Shown piece after piece: positions 62,078-64,000 of a DNA stretch of 64,000 nucleotides. The notes under the pieces were generated by a model that saw only the letters and a program-made list of their open reading frames with translations, searched no databases and was not told where the DNA came from. Every line of letters begins with the position of its first letter. Position 1 is the stretch's first letter. This DNA comes from Prasinococcaceae sp. CCMP 1430 (lineage: Eukaryota; Plantae; Prasinodermophyta). The stretch is taken from NCBI GenBank assembly GCA_013416795.1, contig RQSC01000026.1:1-64000 (forward strand), in the 5' to 3' direction. A program made the position numbers and the translations under genes.

Positions 62078-64000
62078 CTATCCTACGAAGATGAAGCCGG
62101 TGCCGTCCTCCAATGCCGCCTCTCCTGGGGGGCGGGTGACCACTACGCCAGTGGCGGTGCCAAATTCGATCTCAGCAGGCGAGGCGCCGTCCCCTTCACC
62201 AGTCGAGGCGGGGGAGGCGAGGCCGCTGTCAGGGCCGGGCCCGGGCGCGGGCGCGGGCGCCGGGTACGGGTACTGCGCCGCCGCGCCCTGATCAGCTCCT
62301 GCGTCGGTCGAGCCGGCGCCGGTCGAGCCTGGGCCCGATTCCCCGCTTTGGCCTGACGAGTCGTCACCCTCGCCGCTCGCACTGCTGCTGTCATCCGGGT
62401 CAGTCCACAGCTCCCCGTCGCTGCCGACCAAACCATCCGCCGAGATGTCGAGCTCGCTGCCAAGTGGCACACATATTCCCTGGAGCTCGGTGGCGTCCTT
62501 GGCAGAAACGCTTGTGCTCGAGTCGGCGGGCACGACGGCGCACTTGTGCGATGCGGGGTCGCACAGCTCGCGGTAGCACTGCAGGTCGTCCGCCTCCTCG
62601 CACAGCTCGCCCTCCTCGGCGTACGGCACGCACTCGCCCAGCGCCTTCTTTTTGTCGTTGCACACGCCCGGCTCCAGCTTGGTCTGGCGGCACCAGTGCG
62701 CCTCCGGGCAGTCCGAGGTCGCCGCGCACCCGCCCAGCGCGTCGGCGCCCTCCAGCGCGTCCACGATGGGCTCGCCGGGGATCTGGCAGGTGCCGAAGGG
62801 CGCCGACGGATCGCCGTCGTCGGGCACGCACACGTAGCCCGCCGCCTCGTCGCAGCGCTCGCGGGGGCACAGCTTCTCGTCCATGTCGGGGTTGTCGCAC
62901 TGAAGCCCGGGCTCGACGTACACGTGGCATTCGCCGCCCGCCCGCAGGTCTCTGTAGTCGCAGCCGTCGGCATCGTACAGCAGGTAGTTCCGGCACCACA
63001 TTCCTCCATCGCAGGTCAGTTCGTCCGAGCACGCGTTCTCCACGGGCAGCGGCGGCACGCACGTGCCCTCGCCGCCTTCGATGATCACGTCGGCCTGGCC
63101 CACGCACAGCAGCCCGGCGTCGCACACGTCCACGGTGCAAGGCGAGTAGTCTTTGTCGCCCTCGTGGCCGCCGCCGCCGCACTTGCTGCCCTCGCCCACG
63201 GTCGGCACGCACTCGCCGCCGAACTCCGAGAGGAACGGCTGCTTGTCGCATTCGTCCTTCTTCTTCGAGCCCTCGAGCTTGGCCGTGCGGCACCACTCGC
63301 CGTCGGCGCAGTCCGTGTCCCACGTGCAGCCCGGCTTGTCCAGGCCCACGAAGTCTGCGCCCGGCGCGTAATACCAAGGAGCGTGGAACTGGTAGCCGCC
63401 CCCCTCGTAGTCGTAGTAGTCCTTCGTGCCAGCCGTCGAAGAGGAGGGCTTGGGCTCTTGGCAGGTGCCGTATTTGCCGCCACCGTCCTCGCACACGAGC
63501 CCCGCGCCGCAGAGCGTCACTGCACACGACTTCGTGCCCGGCAGCGAGCACGGCTTGTCCACATTGACCTTGTACGTCGCGCACTTGCCGCCGACCTTCG
63601 CCACCTCGCCCTCCACGCAGCCGCCCGAGCCATCTTCGAGGGGCCTGCACCAGCTGAGGGCGGGGCCGTCCAGGCAGTCGGAGTCGACGTAGCACTCGAT
63701 CTCCTCAACGACTGCCATGGCGATCTCTGGCTCCTCCTTTTCGGCCTTTTCGGAGTCCTCGTCCTCATCCTTTGACGGCTCCAAGTCGTCGTCGGGCTCT
63801 TCCGGGGGCTCCACAGGCTCCGCCGTCGGCTCCTCGGTCGGCTCCGCCGTGGGCTCTGCCGTCGGCTCCTCGGTCGGCTCTGCCGTGGGTTCTGCCGTGG
63901 GCTCCTCCGTCGGCTCTGCGGTCGGCTCATCCGTCGGTTCCGCCGTGGGCTCCTCCGTGGGCTCCGCGGTCGGCTCCTCCGTCGGCTGTTCGCCCGACAA
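62078..64000 (-). CDS. Cys-rich repeat surface protein with a mucin-like PT(A/E/D)E repeat, 5' end outside the window
   Basis: About 4-5 units of C-x2-D-x-DC-x3-WCR...GEC-x-P-x4-G-x2-C, preceded by (PTAE/PTEE)n. Confidence 0.75.
   Translation of the reverse strand: MSGEQPTEEPTAEPTEEPTAEPTDEPTAEPTEEPTAEPTAEPTEEPTAEPTAEPTEEPTAEPVEPPEEPDDDLEPSKDEDEDSEKAEKEEPEIAMAVVEEIECYVDSDCLDGPALSWCRPLEDGSGGCVEGEVAKVGGKCATYKVNVDKPCSLPGTKSCAVTLCGAGLVCEDGGGKYGTCQEPKPSSSTAGTKDYYDYEGGGYQFHAPWYYAPGADFVGLDKPGCTWDTDCADGEWCRTAKLEGSKKKDECDKQPFLSEFGGECVPTVGEGSKCGGGGHEGDKDYSPCTVDVCDAGLLCVGQADVIIEGGEGTCVPPLPVENACSDELTCDGGMWCRNYLLYDADGCDYRDLRAGGECHVYVEPGLQCDNPDMDEKLCPRERCDEAAGYVCVPDDGDPSAPFGTCQIPGEPIVDALEGADALGGCAATSDCPEAHWCRQTKLEPGVCNDKKKALGECVPYAEEGELCEEADDLQCYRELCDPASHKCAVVPADSSTSVSAKDATELQGICVPLGSELDISADGLVGSDGELWTDPDDSSSASGEGDDSSGQSGESGPGSTGAGSTDAGADQGAAAQYPYPAPAPAPGPGPDSGLASPASTGEGDGASPAEIEFGTATGVVVTRPPGEAALEDGTGFIFVG
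63808..63995 (-). repeat. 12-nt PT(A/E/D)E coding tandem repeat
   Basis: About 15 units of the type ggctccgccgtc / ggctcctccgtg on the + strand. Confidence 0.9.

Overview
Gene-dense, very GC-rich eukaryotic nuclear DNA from a draft assembly with 7 N-gaps (~4.5 kb) and 2 single-N joins. It is most consistent with a green alga: spliceosomal GT-AG introns with CTGAC branch points, a nuclear plastid sigma factor, a starch branching enzyme and TGTAA motifs downstream of many stop codons. Conserved genes: SYF1, eIF5, MIC10, DPB4, SmG, QCR7, sigma factor, kinesin fragment, SBE, scramblase, DUF1995, beta-tubulin, UXT and CLASP. They flank an accessory block at ~28.9-50 kb. Its core is two head-to-head, nearly intron-free giant paralogues (>2300 aa and ~2980 aa) with one shared layout: cytosolic EF-hand, single TM helix, large ectodomain punctuated by RRL-type motifs, a beta-rich domain, Cys-rich triplet repeats resembling the biomphalysin small lobe, Pro-rich stalk and Cys-rich tip. 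A bacterial-type TIGR03032/DUF4915 gene with an intron lies on one side and a putative galactose-binding-like gene on the other. This pair is the best candidate for an undescribed system (a Ca2+-coupled, proteolytically processed surface or defence polyprotein). All family assignments come from motif recognition by eye; no database searches were run.
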